Notes: generated from the sequence alone by a model not told the origin. DNA of 64,000 bases from Camelus ferus (GCF_009834535.1 NC_045696.1:53198001-53262000), one strand, 5' to 3'. Positions 24,060-38,309 are shown, counted from the first letter of the stretch. Program-made: numbers and translations.

Positions 24060-24605
24060 TGTAATGAAAAAAAACAACTTTTGAGAAAAATAACTTCTGT
24101 TCTTCTGAGTTGCTGCCTAGGTATGTTACAGTATGATAACCCTGCTCTCACCTGGAGCCCGGACATAGATAAGGACTTGAGTTTAGGATGCCTGCCGTAA
24201 GTCCCTGCTTAACTTTTCCTGGGGCACTTTTAAAACTAACCACTTAGAGTTAAAGCTTGCAAAAAGTTAGTGACCTCTGTCTCATTCACCTTATAAGCAA
24301 TAGGTTCTTGCTACCATTCTCTCTACCTCCTGCTCTCTTGTGACCTAGGATGGAGGACTGCCTTTCCCCAGACTCATTGTGCCCCCTCGCTTTTGGGATC
24401 TGTAATTACAAATCTACTTCCTTTCTGTGGTGTACAGTATTGAAACTGTGTCTTTAATCAAAACCACCCTGTGGGTTTCACTGCCCACAAGTGGGAGCTT
24501 GGATACTGATGGAACTCCCTGCTGCCCCTGTGCAGGTATCTTGTGTCTCCTCATTCAGCAAGTCTGAATCTGCTGAATTCAATACACCAGCTCTAGCTTA
24601 GGACA
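24060..24605 (+). repeat. 3' LTR
   Basis: Starts TGTAATG after GGGGTCAAT (class III-like PPT position); homologous to the 5' LTR; 3' boundary approximate. Confidence 0.88.
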
Positions 24606-25329
24606 TCATACAATTTGGGGAAAGTCAGGGCTAGGAAAAGATAGGGTATCCGTGCAGCTGTAACCTCCACTTATTTCACAAATCATATGCTGCTACCAAA
24701 CTAAATGTGTACAGGGATGTGATAAGCAGATATGGAGGAGTAGATGGAAATAAAATTTATGGCAAGTACTTTTTACTCAAATGTCAAACAGTCTATCATA
24801 AATTATCTGAAGACTCAATTGTGAAATTTGTATTTCTATATTATTAATATGGTTAATGACAGAAAAAGCAGAATCAAGTAGTCTAATTTCAGTGGAATGG
24901 TCTATGTTGCTTGGCAACTTTTTTCAGTTTGTCCCCCATGGGTTCTCTTGTGCACGAACTCCTTACGGTTGAGTTACTAAATTTTTACCACTCTACTTTA
25001 AAATCCACATTCCAAACACTTTAAAAATAAATTCCTCTAGATGAGATATGCCTCAGTTTCCCTTATTTGTTTTAACATTTACAGGTTTATTCATCTCTAC
25101 TTAATTCCTGTCGCAAGAGGAGAACTCTGGTCCCTTCTCCCTGGAGTCCTACATTACCCTGGTCCATAGGTCCTATCCTCTCAACTCTTCTGGCAATTGT
25201 TTATATCAGTTAGGTTCCTTCTTTGAAATTGTCTCCTTTATCTCTTTCTCAACCACAATCATTACGTCAGTTTTCCTCTACAATTTGGTTATTCCCCAAC
25301 CTGTACCCACTGATCTCTTACCATGTAAC

Positions 25330-25770
25330 CAGATGTATATCTAACTACCTACCAGACAAATCCACGTTTTCACCCCTGACATGTCCTCCATGAAGTCATT
25401 ATCCCTTCCAAAAATTGTTTCCTTTATTCTCATCTATTGAAATTCAAAAATAGATGTCCATCCCTGTGTCTGGAATATTATTCTTCCTAATCTCTATGTG
25501 TCTGAATCTTTCCTGTAATTCTCCTCTTTGCTTCAATGAGAATTTCCTAATCCATCAACTGAAAACAGCTGCCCTGTTGCTCTGACACAGCATCGCATGT
25601 TAATGATCTCCAAAGCACCACCATCACAGGATATCATTCGTTTGTTCATATATTGTCTATCCCCTCCCCCTTAGAAAAAAGCTCGTAGAAAACAAGGATT
25701 CAGTCTGATTTATTGCTGACACATTATAGGCATTCAATAAATATTTAATACATGAATTAGTAAGCAATGA
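25330..25770 (+). mobile_element. L2 3' fragment
   Basis: Ends TAGGCATTCAATAAATATTTAATACATGAAT, an L2 terminus. Confidence 0.65.
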
Positions 25771-25899
25771 CCTCCTGATTCCATTAGATATACAATCAGG
25801 AATCAAATTTTCTTGATCCCACCCCAGAAATATTCTTCCCCTTTTCATTCAGATTCTTAGCATTTTTCTCCCGGGCTACTTCAGGTGGTCTGAGATGCC

Positions 25900-26500
25900 A
25901 GTCTCTCTTCAGGTAAAACATCTTCTAAATTACTATCAGCATCATAACTATTACAAAACAAGTGATCTGATCATGATACTTCATTTTGCACATAAAAAGC
26001 TCTATTGTTTCTCTATTTTTTAAAAGCTAAAAATCCAAATTTTTTAGACAGGAATATAAAGCCTTCAAAATCTGGCCCATATTTTCCTCTTAGCTTTTAA
26101 TTCCTACCTTTTTCATCTAGAGCCTATATTCAGGCCATATAAAATTTCTCATTTTTCTCCAAACATGTTGGACCTTTTCATGACCCTTAGTCTTAGTATA
26201 TACTGTTTCCTTTGCATACAGTATTTTTTCCTTCTTCGTTGGAGAAATTATAGCAATTTCTCTAACACCCAACCCTAAATTTAGTGACAGTTTCCCCATA
26301 TCTTTTTAGCAAAATTAGTGCCCTGTGTTTTATTTTAGCACTTTTACTACATCATGCTTCAAATATATATGTACGCAGCATGCCTCTTGCTGGACTGCCG
26401 ATTACTGTAGGGCAGGGAACTATCCTAACCATCACTGTATCCCTACAGCCCAGCACCTGCCTCCAATAGGGTTTGTTGAATAAATGAATACATGAATTTG
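25900..26500 (+). mobile_element. L2 3' fragment
   Basis: CACTGTATCCCTACAGCCCAGCAC...TTTGTTGAATAAATGAATACATGAAT. Confidence 0.65.
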
Positions 26501-27562
26501 TTTCTTCAAACACGTGAGAAACTATAGCCATTTTCTTGGGAGTTGTCTATTCTCTCAAAGGAAATCAAAATTGAGGCACAGAAGGTTTGATTCTATGGGA
26601 AGAGAGAGGAAGAAAAGGATGAAAAGTTGAATATATTTCAGATATAAAATGCAAACTGAGTCTTGAGGCCATTTTCATTGTGTTCTCTCTTTTCCTTTTA
26701 TTGTTCTTTAAACTAAACAACTAAATAAATAAATAATTTTAAAAGCACACACTAAGGCCAAGAGGTAGGTAGGTGGCCTACATTATTGTTTCATTAGTTT
26801 GCATAGAAATAGCAAATCAAAGAAAATTAGAAAGAGGAAAAAAAATCTTAGTAATCACCCAGTCCAAACTCCCCACTTTCCCAATGAGAAAAACTGTAAG
26901 TCAAATAGGTTTGAGCTATTTAAAATCACCCAGTTAATAAGTAGTATAACCTTAATTTGAGTTTTCTAAAACAAAGATTAATGATCCCTTTACCACTTCA
27001 TATTTTTCTTTCAGACATTTGTTAGTTCGCAGAATTTAAAACACATTTGTATTCTTTCTGCCATCATTTTTATTTCTATTTGTCTCAAACATACTCTACA
27101 TGCTTAAATGTAATTTTCTGATATATCACTACCCAAGAACATTTATGGAAATACATAGGACGGTAAATAGAAAAAAGCTCAGTCATATACAGAATTTTGC
27201 TTAATAAAGAATGTCAGAAGTTCAGCTGTGTCATATGAACACACAGGAGCTTATGGCACTCAAATGCACATAATTTAAAATCTCAATACCTTTTCCAGAA
27301 AAGTACCTTATTTTCATTGTTATGTTTTGATGTGGATGACTACAGCAGGCAAATGCCAGTGTTCACAGCCCTAGTCCTAGTTTGTCTGAGGAAATTATGC
27401 CAAGCGTGCAGTGCCATCTGCTCCTGTAGCGATGCCATCCTTCCCTTTTTCAGCATGGTGATAAACAACCCAACTGCACATCATTCTCTGAGCTCCATAA
27501 GCACCTCGGGGCAGAAGTGGGGAGGGGATGTGGGCCCCCTATGTCACATCCAAAGTGATGCA

Positions 27563-27841
27563 TGTGAAACAGAACCAGACTTTCAGATACAGAGAACAAA
27601 CTAGTGGTTACCACTGGGGAAAGGGATCGGGGGAGGGACAAGATAAGGGCAGGGGATTATGAGGTACAAACTACTGTGTATAAAATAAATAAGATACAAG
27701 GGTATGTTGTACAGCACAAGGCATATAGACAGTATTTTATAATAACTTTAAATGGAGTATAATCTATGAAAATGTTGAATCACTATCTTGTATACCCAAA
27801 ACTAATATAAAATTATAAATCAACTATACTTTAATAAAAGA
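27563..27841 (+). mobile_element. 5'-truncated L1 3'UTR insertion
   Basis: GAGAACAAACTAGTGGTTACC...ATCAACTATACTTTAATAAAA; TSD AAAGTGAT(G/A)CA at 27552 and 27842. Confidence 0.88.
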
Positions 27842-29399
27842 AAAGTGATACAAATGGCAGGGCGGGGGAAGGAAGAGGCAATGAGTAAACATTAAAAATG
27901 TTGAATGGGAGGGCAGTCCTAGAAACACTAAAAGAGCCACAGGAATGAAAGATTCTCTCTTACTTTACAAATGTCCTGGTAGTGATGATGAAAGGGCAGA
28001 AGGGAGATAGAGTAGGGATGGGGGCGATGATCATTTCAGAACATTTTGAAATCAACAAGCCTCATATCAACTTTTCTATTCTCAATTTTTTTTGTGATTG
28101 TGGTCATTTTTCTTATGAATAAAGAAATGGTCAGGGAATGGATATGTAATTAGAAAACAAGCTGGCAAAATTCTATAGAATGGTGTGGTGTTAACAATTC
28201 ATGCAGGGCTCACGTACCATTTTCAGTGAGACATAGAAGTGAAGTCACAGAAGTCTGATATCAACAAAATGACATGAAAGATGAGAGAACTGTAAGTCTG
28301 GGAGTGATCATCATCTAACATTTAAATTGCTTCTGCAATTTCCCTACCTCTGTATTGAGCTGCCTTCTGTTTGTCCACAGTCAGTGACAGGAAACTCATT
28401 ACGTTACTCTCCCAGACCAGAACCTTTCTATATACACTCCAGACTTTCCAGATCTTTTTCAATATGTATCTGCTACACAGTCTCTTAGTTTATGAATACA
28501 GCAAATTGTTATATGGCATCAGTGTCATCCTCTAAGGCACTAATATATAACTGGAATAAGTATTTAAGAAAGTTAACGTGATATTTTGATGGTTTAAGAA
28601 TAAAAATCCTATAAATATGACACAGAGAAACAAAAGTGTGGGATATTTGGAGATGTTTTTGGAGAAATTGTGGCAACAAAGTATACCATAACATTTTGAA
28701 AAGGAAGAAGTTCAGGGACTAGGGTAAGCTTATGGCTGTACTCAGGCGAAAAGTGTTTCTATGGATAGAAACCAGGAAGAAATATCAAACTGAATTTTGG
28801 CCTGGAACCAAGTATGGACTCCAGAAAGAAGAGACTTTAGTAACTAATCTCTGTACCTAGTCTTTGACTACTTAAAGTAAAGGTGAATTATGTAGTTAAA
28901 CCTAAGGTGACAACACAAACCAGCCAACAGGAATTTTTTTGTCAGGCCAAATTGATCCATCTGAGAGAGTTTAATGTGATTTACTTATTCTACCCTCAGA
29001 GTATAATGACATAGCACGTGTGCACCTAGAGACCTACAGAACATGGTGAGTTTGAGTCCACATAGTATAGAAGAGAAATCACAGAAGAATAAACAAAAAG
29101 AATGCTGACCTTAAGGATATATTCTCAAAGGCATATTCTTTAAAAGTGATACTTTTAACTACTTGGTTAGTGACAGTTACCAAACTCTGTGCCAGGTAAT
29201 GTGCGAGGTTCTGAAGATACAATGATGAAGCAGACCAATGTCCTATCTCTAGAAAGAAGCTCATAGATTAGAATTTGATGTACACACAAAGCCCCTTTAG
29301 ATCATGCTTAGTCAAAATTATCAACCAGTATACTACTCCGTAGCATAAATTTAGTAGTATTACTATAGTTTTACCAATGATAGTATCATACTTTCAATA

Positions 29400-29650
29400 A
29401 CCTCTGCCAATAAAATGATTATTTATAATTTACAAACAATACTTAAGTGCATTATCTTATTGAAGTCTCCTATGAGCCATAAGATGAGAATTATTATGAA
29501 CCTCATATTATAAACAAGTAGGCTGGGATCCAGAGGAATAATTGACTTGCCCCAGATCACTTAGCTATTTGGTAGCAGAGCCTAGAAAAACAAAAAACAA
29601 ACAAACAAAAAAAAAACAGAGATGTTCTTCTTCCAAGTCCTATGCCTTTT
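29400..29650 (-). mobile_element. MIR SINE
   Basis: TGACTTGCCCCAGATCACTTAGCTATTTGGTAGCAGAGCC. Confidence 0.65.
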
Positions 29651-32600
29651 ATTGCCCCAGAATGACCTGTGTCATTCTGTGCCACATAGAATCAAAATCA
29701 ATAGCATGAATAATAGTGTGCTTGGCAATGAAATCCATGCTGTATTTCCTTCCCAAACTTAAACAGAGATATCATGGTTTTGTTATTTTGCAATGAATAC
29801 TTGTTTCAAATGAGGGAACATCTACTTTGCTGCCTGAGACATGATGTCAATTGCAGAGTACCAGTACTGTCAGGAACATTCTACTGACTCTAAAAGAGTG
29901 CAGTCTACTACTGACTATGCATTTAGTTATGCTTCCCTTACTAAAGAGTTGGCTCCTTCACTCTGACTTCCATTCATTTTCAATTCATCCTCCCCAAGAA
30001 AACATCTAAGAAAGAACCATATCTGTTAGAGATTAAACGTAAATTGTTATCAACACTGGAGCATCCATTTCCTACCTCATCCTTTGGATGAAAAAAAGAA
30101 AAAGAAACAAAGATAGAAAAAAAGAAAAAAGAAAGAAAAAGGAAAAGCAAAGAGAGCCAGAAAAGCAAAGAAAGGGAAAAGGAAGCTCATTGCTGTCAGT
30201 GTGCCTACTTCTATGTTAGAGGTGGGACAAACATATTCAAGCAGAGAATGCATGACCAGCTCATTCTTTTGGTAGGATTCCTTCAAGGGACAAGTTTGTT
30301 GTCCCCGTGCCCACCTCCATCTTGTTGCCATATGTAGATGCCTCCTTGCTAAGACACATTACTCCCTTTCGAAAACACGTGGTCCTGAGCAACAGTTTCC
30401 ATTTTTATAAAATATGCCCCTGCCATTTACATGGGTCAGCTGAAACAATAAACTATTGGAAAAAATTATTGTTCATTTAAGGTTAGAAACTTCTGACTCG
30501 AGCATCAATTTGACTTATAATTTCTTTGATGAAATCCTCATTCAAATTTTATAAATTCTAGACTCTAAAATTACCAATTCAGCCACAAAGTATAGTTTTA
30601 ATTTTTTGAGGAAGGCATGGATAGTACAAAAGGTAGAGATGAGAAGGAGGCAGCAAACACCAGAATATCATGAAAACCTTTCTAACAGTTGTGGTGTCAT
30701 GGGGGCCAAAGCCACCCAGCAGGTGCTTTACCCGTAAAGGCAATCACACAGAATTCAGGTGACTCCATTAGCAAAGGAGGGGTCACAGATACAGACACAG
30801 GCAGGTGAGATGAGATAGTTCAAGTCTGGCAGGTCATTCCTTTTATTTCAAGGCTGCAGAGTGCAGCTCCTTTAAAGAAACTGAGTAAGTCGGGCAAAAT
30901 GTTCAAGCAAGAATAGATAGCTGACCCATTCCTCAGGAGGGATTCCTGTAAGGCGTCAGAGCTCAGGCCAAACAACATTTAAGAACAATTCCAGGGCTAA
31001 GATTCTATGAAAGATTTCAATTTGTAAATACCTTAATTTCATCTTGTGGAAGCCTTATTTTTTTTTTGAACCAAAATTCAGAGCTTATTACTTAAATCAT
31101 GTTGTACCTTTAAATTTAAATGGATGGATGGTAAACAGCATTATTTGTTAAGCCTGAAGTCCTCAAAGCTGAAAAACTCATTCTGCATCTCATACATTTG
31201 ACCAATAGTGACAAATCACCAGCTGTAGGCAGCCCAAGCGGCCAATGTTTATTAAATGTCTCAGTCAACCCCAAACCTCATGAATTGTTTAACATACAAG
31301 AGAGACAAAAAGCCAGTATTTTTCCTTGTGTCAGCTCTCGTTAGGAGCGTCTCTGCTCTGCTCCTCTCCCTGCTGGCTAGTGACATTAACATTCATTGTT
31401 CTTAAACACATGGGGGCTTTGGGGGCCTCTGTATACACAGCCAATCCTGTGCCAAGTGTCTACAAATGCACACACAGTCTCCAAGCACAAAGAGGCAAAT
31501 ATGAGGGCCACACTGATGGTACACACTTAGGAGGGCAGGGCAGTTGGTAGAATGTTCTGCCACCTTTGGGGGCAATTCAGATGTTCTAGAGAAAGAGCTC
31601 AGTAATTTCACACCAAGAAGAAAACCTCATGAAATCAATAAAATGAGACTTTTCAGCTCATCCACTTAAAGTTAGCCAGAACGGAAGTGGATTTAGGTAG
31701 CTGGTGGCCTACAAGACAGAGACTTTTATCCAGCCTTGGGAAGCACTAGAGAATTTCACCATTGTTGCATTTTTCCCCATGCTGCTTCCCTCCATTGTGG
31801 GGAAAAATTGGAAGGCACACTGTAGGGGTGGTAGGTGGTTCATTTGAAAAATCTCTAGAGGCACTATAATCACAAGTCCCTGTGATTCTAAGTAGCTAAA
31901 CATTTTTAATAAATAACTTGGATTTTTCTTTGAGAAGTAAATATTTTAGCATTATAGATGTGAACAGTTCAAGGAAAACTTGACTACAGTAGGTGCCTAC
32001 TTAACAGGCATTCAGTGCTACCATTTCTATAAATAGGTTTTAGCTGGCCCCACACATGACCATAAAGTCAACCTTAATGGATTTTTTTTTTCTACAGCTT
32101 TGCAACAGCCTCCAGGAAGGCTGATTCTATGACACCCATCATTAAGAATTAGGGGATAAATCAAGTGAATTGGAGAATTTTTTAATACTTGACCATATTA
32201 AAAAAGGGCCCTAACCATTGAATAAGTCTTTTTCTTTCTAGAGTTCTTTGATCTATATGATCTTGAACTAAGCCAGCAGTCCCAGAGCAGTTCCAGATTT
32301 CCCTCCTCTTTTTTCCTAAAGGGAGACCTAGGGATCTGATACACTACTATTGCACAGGGGTCTAAGAAATGGATACATTTTGCAAATCGAATAAACACAG
32401 AAATAAAACAATTCACCATCTGCACATACCGACTGGCCACATAATGTAATTTGCAGTAATCAGAGTTCATCCATGGAAATATAGAAAATAGGAAGTAGCA
32501 TTTTCCATCAGTGGCATCCAATCCCCAAACAAGGAGTTTCTGCAATGATTGTAAACATCAGCTAAACTCCCTGGAGACACAGATTTTTCTAGAACATTGT

Positions 32601-34130
32601 ATGCATGTGATACATACAGCATGTTTTTCTTACTATTATTTGTCTTTTATCTTCCACATATCTTTGCAGATGACAATTCACAGAAACCCAAGATAAGACT
32701 GCGAAGGCAAGGGGGAAAGACAGCCCTAGATAATGCTAAATGTAATAAACATTCTCTCTTGTTTGTTCACAAACTGAAGCTAGTCTTCAGGAGGGCCTAT
32801 GTAGGTTCTTTTTGCAATATGGAAGTTTCTCTCTCTCTCTTTTTGTCCTACATTGGACACCCACAGCTGTTGTGCTTCTGGGAACTCAGAAGTTTTAAGT
32901 AGCAAGAAAAAAAAAATTAACAAAGTTAGAAATTTAAGAGTGGAGGACAATGCCAGAGAAACAGAGTGGAATGGCATGATTCAAGCTGCTGTGTGAGTCA
33001 GGATGATAACTCTCCTTTCTCAAATAGGCCTGACGAGATCATTCTCATTCTCTAATCCTCATAACATTTTATGAAGTGCAGATTTATTTTCAGACCATCA
33101 AGTTCTTCCCAACTGAAATGCCATGTGCTTCCTCCCACTACTTCCTCTCCCTAGAGTTCCAAGATGATCCTCCACCTTCTGAAGTCCAGCAGCTCTGCCT
33201 GTGCCTGTCCTTCATGGGGGACATTTAATATGATAACGTGTACAGAGTGGTTTCTCTTTCAATATATCCTGAAAATACATGGGATATTCCCTAAAAACTG
33301 AGGCCATGATACATTTCTTAGAATCTCCAATCCTTCAACATTGAGAAGGAGGTAAAGAAGTATCTGTTGATGATAAAAGTTCCTGTATCCATTTTATAAC
33401 CAGCAGTCTGTCCATTATTTACAGCTGGATTCAAAAAGTCTTCTACTCATTCATGCAGCAAATAGATTTATACAGAATTTTACTCACCACTGCCTACTTG
33501 CTTATCAGAGAAGGACAATGACTTAGAGTGGCCAGAGCAAGAATGAGAAGGAAATAGACTATTAAAAACAGAGAAAAAGATTAATAAGAGAAGGAAGCCC
33601 AACATGCCATGGTAAAAATGACTGTTACCTCCATCTCTGCCTCTTCCAGGTAAACAAACCCAGTTCTCCTCCTGACATCTCTGTTCAGCAATGCCATAGC
33701 ATAATCCTGCTGGGACTTAAGCTTTAAGCAAGTGCCATAACTTCATCAGGGCTAGAAAAAAGCCAACCAGTGGCTTTATACACATCTTTAACTGCAATTT
33801 GTTTAGTGGCCGATTTTGTTAGTTTCAATCATTTTGGAAGAAACTCTTAACAGTTGGCACTGTTTCCCAAGAAATTTCTCAGAATCCCAAAATCACCCCA
33901 TAATGTATTTTTCTACAAACCTCTCTAGATAAAAACTCATAATTTTGCCAAGAATATTCACTTTTGCACTGGGTGTTGTCCAGTCTCTCAGACCTCCCCT
34001 TTCTGTCGCCTTGGAGAGAATTTCTGATAGGAAATTTACTCCAATGCTTCTTCAGATTGGAGGGGGCTCTTCACCAATTGCTGAGGTTGGAATTTGGCAA
34101 AACACCTTTCTCCTTGGCAATTTGGTCTTA

Positions 34131-34137
34131 GCTGTTT

Positions 34138-34204
<67 letters not shown>

Positions 34205-34289
34205 TTTTAATGGCAGTATTGGGGATTGGACCCAGGATCTTATGCATGCTAAGCATGTGTTCTACCACTGAGCTATATTCCTCTCCCCT
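34131..34289 (-). mobile_element. Vic-1-type camelid SINE with (TAAA)n tail
   Basis: rc ATAGCTCAGTGGTAGAACACATGCTTAGCATGCATAAGATCCTGGGTCCAATCCCC; long (TTTA)n; TSD CA(A/G)TTTGGTCTTA. Confidence 0.88.
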
Positions 34290-35159
34290 CAGTTTGGTCT
34301 TAATGAGTCTTTCTTTACACAGTACCTCTGTGTGAAACTGCATTTTTTGTTTCCATCTCATTTTAGAGAATAGCTCTATTCTAGATTTTTCCATGCATGA
34401 TCTTCCTCTTCATGATCCACCCAGCAATCACTGGTGGTGATGATGTTTGTTTCAGTAACATACTTACATACTGACATGACAGTTTTGGAACAGAATGAAA
34501 AAACTGAACAACTCAGTGCCCTAGATTTTTGAAGAATATCTAGAAGTGTAACTATATTTTAGCACATAAGTTACGAAAAGAAAGATTGGCCAGAGACATG
34601 CAAAAGAATATAAGAGAGGGAAAGGGTATGATGCTTTAAACATGAATTTATTGATAAGATTGCTACAGGGTAAGTCTTTAGTTTGAGCAGAGACAGTGTA
34701 GGAGTCCACATGCTAAAACAGTTTGATTACGTGCCAGAGTCTTTCAACAGACACTATGAAACATGTATATTTATAGACAAAGAGAACCATAAAAATTGCT
34801 TATGGTCTTCTGACCGCTTGAGCACTTAACTTCAGAGAAGTGAAGTGGAAGCCAATTTAATCTTTATTCCCTCATTTTTTAATACTTTGGTGGCACAGCA
34901 TTACACCTACAGTTACATTTGCTACTCTTAGTTAAGTTCCTGAAGGCCATGCTCTGAGATTCCTAAGACTAGAGCTGAAGGATGTAGAAGAGGAAGGGTT
35001 GAGCTTCCATGAAAATTAAATAAGAAGTCTCTCTAGGAATCCAAATCAGCTTGGACTTAAGGGGAAAAAAAAAAATTTATGCTTTCAGGAAAAAAGAAGA
35101 AATTTATCACTAACATAGCCTAGGGGTAAAACCATACTTAAATAGGAGGTGCTGTTTGA

Positions 35160-35530
35160 GAGCTTTGTGTGTTTATTTTATTTATTTTTTAGGTGACACA
35201 TTAAATCATAATGAAAACAGTCAGACACCAAGAGGTTGTTTACACTGTGATCATTTTTCTTCTTTTTCCAGTTTTCCTTTTTCTTGCTGGTGCTTCCCTG
35301 TTTATCCGATCTAATGCAATAAAATGCATAATTAATTTCTAAACGCTTCTGTTGAGCGGTGCAATTTGTCAAGTCGAGTTGTTAATAGAATTAAGCTTTT
35401 TATCAGCGATTAGCAAAAGAAGGTAAAAAAAATTAATTACGGAATTGTATGCCTCCCTGGTTCAAAGCCAGGTTTTGGATTAAATGTTCAGTAAGGGTTT
35501 CCTGACACGTTATAAAACATTTAACAAAAG
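35160..35530. promoter_or_regulatory. Candidate enhancer / conserved non-coding element
   Basis: Non-repetitive, dense TAAT/TAATTA motifs, about 7 CpGs in AT-rich sequence. Confidence 0.4.
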
Positions 35531-35647
35531 CTACTTTCCCCTAGTGTGTTTAGAACCTGTCACTGTGCAAAACCAACCAGCAAGGAAAGAACATTTGGGG
35601 AGACCTTTGTGCACACCAGTGTGGGGAGACAGCAAATCAATTTTACA

Positions 35648-36640
35648 CAACCTATTGAAAAGGAAAAGATATTTGCAAACCTCATATCCAATAAGGGGTT
35701 AATACCTAAAATACAGAAAGAACTCATACAACTCAACAAAGCAGCAAAAACCAACCTTGCCCAGTTAAAAAATGGGCAGAGGATCTGAAACAAACATTTT
35801 TCCAAAGAAGACGTACAGATGGCCAATAGGCACATGAAATCAGAGACGTTCAACATCACTAATTATTAGGAAAATGCAAGTTGAATCACAATGGGCTAAC
35901 ACTTCACACCTGTTAGAATGACTATCATCAAAAAGACAAGAAACAACAAGTGTTGGAGAGGATGTGGAGAATCCTCGTACATTGTTGGGTGGAATGAAAC
36001 TGGTGCAGCCACTACAGAAACCAGTACAGAGATTCCTCAAAAAATTAAGAATGGAACTACCATATGATCCAGCAATTCCATTTCTGGGTATTTATCCAAA
36101 GAATTTGAAAATACAGATTCAAAAAGTTATGTGCACCCCTATGTTCACTGCAGTATTATTTATAATAGCCAAGATATGGGAACAACCTAAGTGCCCATCA
36201 GTGGATAAATGGATAAAAAAGATAGAGTACACACACATACACACACAAGAGGAATACTACTCAGCCATAAAAAAGAATATAATTGTGCTATTTGTGACCA
36301 CCCAGATAGACCTTGCAGATATTACATTAAGTGAAATAAGTCAAAGAGAGAAATACAAACAACATGTTATTTCATTCATACATGAAATCTAAAAACAAAA
36401 TAAGTGAACAAACAGAACACAACAGAAACAAATTCATAGATACAGAGAAAAGATTGGTGATTACCAGAGGGGGAGAGGGCTGATGTGTGGACAAATTGGG
36501 TGAAGGAGTAACTGTATGGTAATGGATGGCAAGTAGCCCTTTGGTGGTAATCACTTTGCAGTATATACAGATGTTGTATTATTATGTGGTACACCTGAAA
36601 CTTACATAATTCTATACACCAATTTTATTTCAATAAAAAC
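35648..36640 (+). mobile_element. 5'-truncated L1: end of ORF2 and 3'UTR
   Basis: ORF 35964-36392 ELPYDPAIPFLGIYPK...KCPSVDKWIKK; AATAAA end; possible TSD AATCA(A/C)TTTTAC. Confidence 0.93.
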
Positions 36641-37629
36641 AATCACTTTTACAAAATACTAAGGAAAACACTGGTTTCCCTCATACTGCTCAAGAGAAGG
36701 AACAAGCTATGACCATACAGGTGTAAAGATCAAAATTAAATCTTTAATTTTTGATGGTATGATTTGCAGCTTCAGCAAAGCTGAAGAACTGGCTGGAGCG
36801 AGTAACAGAACAATGCATTGATGACATGATTAATATAATATGCCTTCACTTGTAATTATATACCACATATCCACAAAGGTTATTATGTATAGGGTTCAGA
36901 GTGAAGAGCTGAAAGGCAACTCAAAATATCTATTATCTCTAAATCTCTAGCATAGTTTATCCACTTCTCCTCTGCTTGATACTCTCTTCTCTCTCCTGTG
37001 CCCTTGTCACCTCATTTTCCTGTAAAATCAAATAATTCAATCAATATCATCCTCTCAGTTTCTCCAGTCCAAGCAAGGACAGAAAGGATGAATCTGATGG
37101 GTTAGACTCTGATAAACACTGAGTCATTTTTCATGAGTGGTACAAGCTACTGCTCCCCAGTAGTGGGAAACAAGTTTCATTTTACCTTTATTCAACTGCT
37201 TGTACTCAGGTGCAGCAAGCCCTTCTTGCCTGCTCTTCCACATCTGGGGCTACCGAGCTTGTGCTGTCTGCTTCCAAATCCCACCTTGGGGGCACTTTAG
37301 GGTAAGGCCCAAAGCATGGTTTCCATAGGAACACTTGTGCTCCTCAAAGAAGGCACACTCATGTGTAAATCCCAAGTTCAAAATTTTGGATGGGAAGTCA
37401 GAAGTTGCCCTGCAGCCTCAGAGTCATGTTCTCTAATGCTTCCTATCATAGCAGAGAGACAAGCACTGGAGTTACAGGGAAATTTTACAGACTAAAAGAA
37501 TGCACACTCATTTACAAATGGAGTATATGCCATCTAGGCATATGTACACCATCCTTCAGAAACCTGGGAGAAGTGAGTGGCAGTCACCAAATACACAATA
37601 TGTAAAGCAGTCTTCTTCTACCATGGGTT

Positions 37630-37971
37630 CCATCTTAGTTCAGGCTGTGATAACAAAAACAAAAACAACTATTACTCACTATTCTGGAGGCTGGGAAGTC
37701 CAAGATCAAGGCACCAGCAGATTTGGTGTCTGGTGAGAGCCTGCATCCTGGTTCAAAGTTAGTTGTCTTCACATGGTATCCTCACGTGACAGAAAGGCTG
37801 AGAGAGCTCTCTGAGGTCTCTTTCTTATAAGGGCACTAATCCCATTCATGAAGGTTTCATCCCTATGAACTAATCACCTCCCAAAGGCCCCACCTCCTAT
37901 ACCATTACACGGAGTTTAGAAACACAAAGTATGAACTAAGAAGGGTGTAGTAATACATTCAGCCCATAACA
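37630..37971 (-). mobile_element. MLT1A-like MaLR solo LTR
   Basis: TTCTGGAGGCTGGGAAGTCCAAGATCAAGGCACCAGCAGATTTGGTGTCTGGTGAG...TAATCACCTCCCAAAGGCCCCACC...CATAACA. Confidence 0.88.
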
Positions 37972-38309
37972 ACTGTTTACTCTTTTCTTCTATTTTCTTA
38001 GTCCTCTTTCTTTCCCTTTAGTCTTTTCTCTACTTTCTGCTTTCCAATATTCTTTGGATAATTTCTTGAGCAATCACAAAGGACTCAATTGGTAAGAAAC
38101 ATTTGGAGTAGCATAGTACGACTACCTTAGGTAACAACTTTGAATTGTGTGAGACAGTGGTATTATACTTTCCTATATAAATTATAGATTTGTTCTAGAT
38201 GTCTGCTGCTAATTATAAAATAAACAACAATAACAACAAAACAGAAGACAAAATCAGCTTAGCTATCTGGTTGAGAATTGTAATGAGCGATGTGTTTTTT
38301 CTGGTTGTT

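Larger units (their letters stand above)
17666..24605 (+). mobile_element. Degenerate endogenous retrovirus, class III pol (ERVL/ERV-S-like) with env remnant
   Basis: Two homologous LTRs, PBS, protease DTG, RT YMDD, integrase motifs and env TM motifs in the expected order; possible decayed 5-bp TSD CCACA (17661-17665) / TCATA (24606-24610). Confidence 0.93.

Noticed and set aside
34210..34289. Functional tRNA gene (also 9490-9565)
   Set aside because: A-rich tails, TSDs and mismatches show these are tRNA-derived SINEs.
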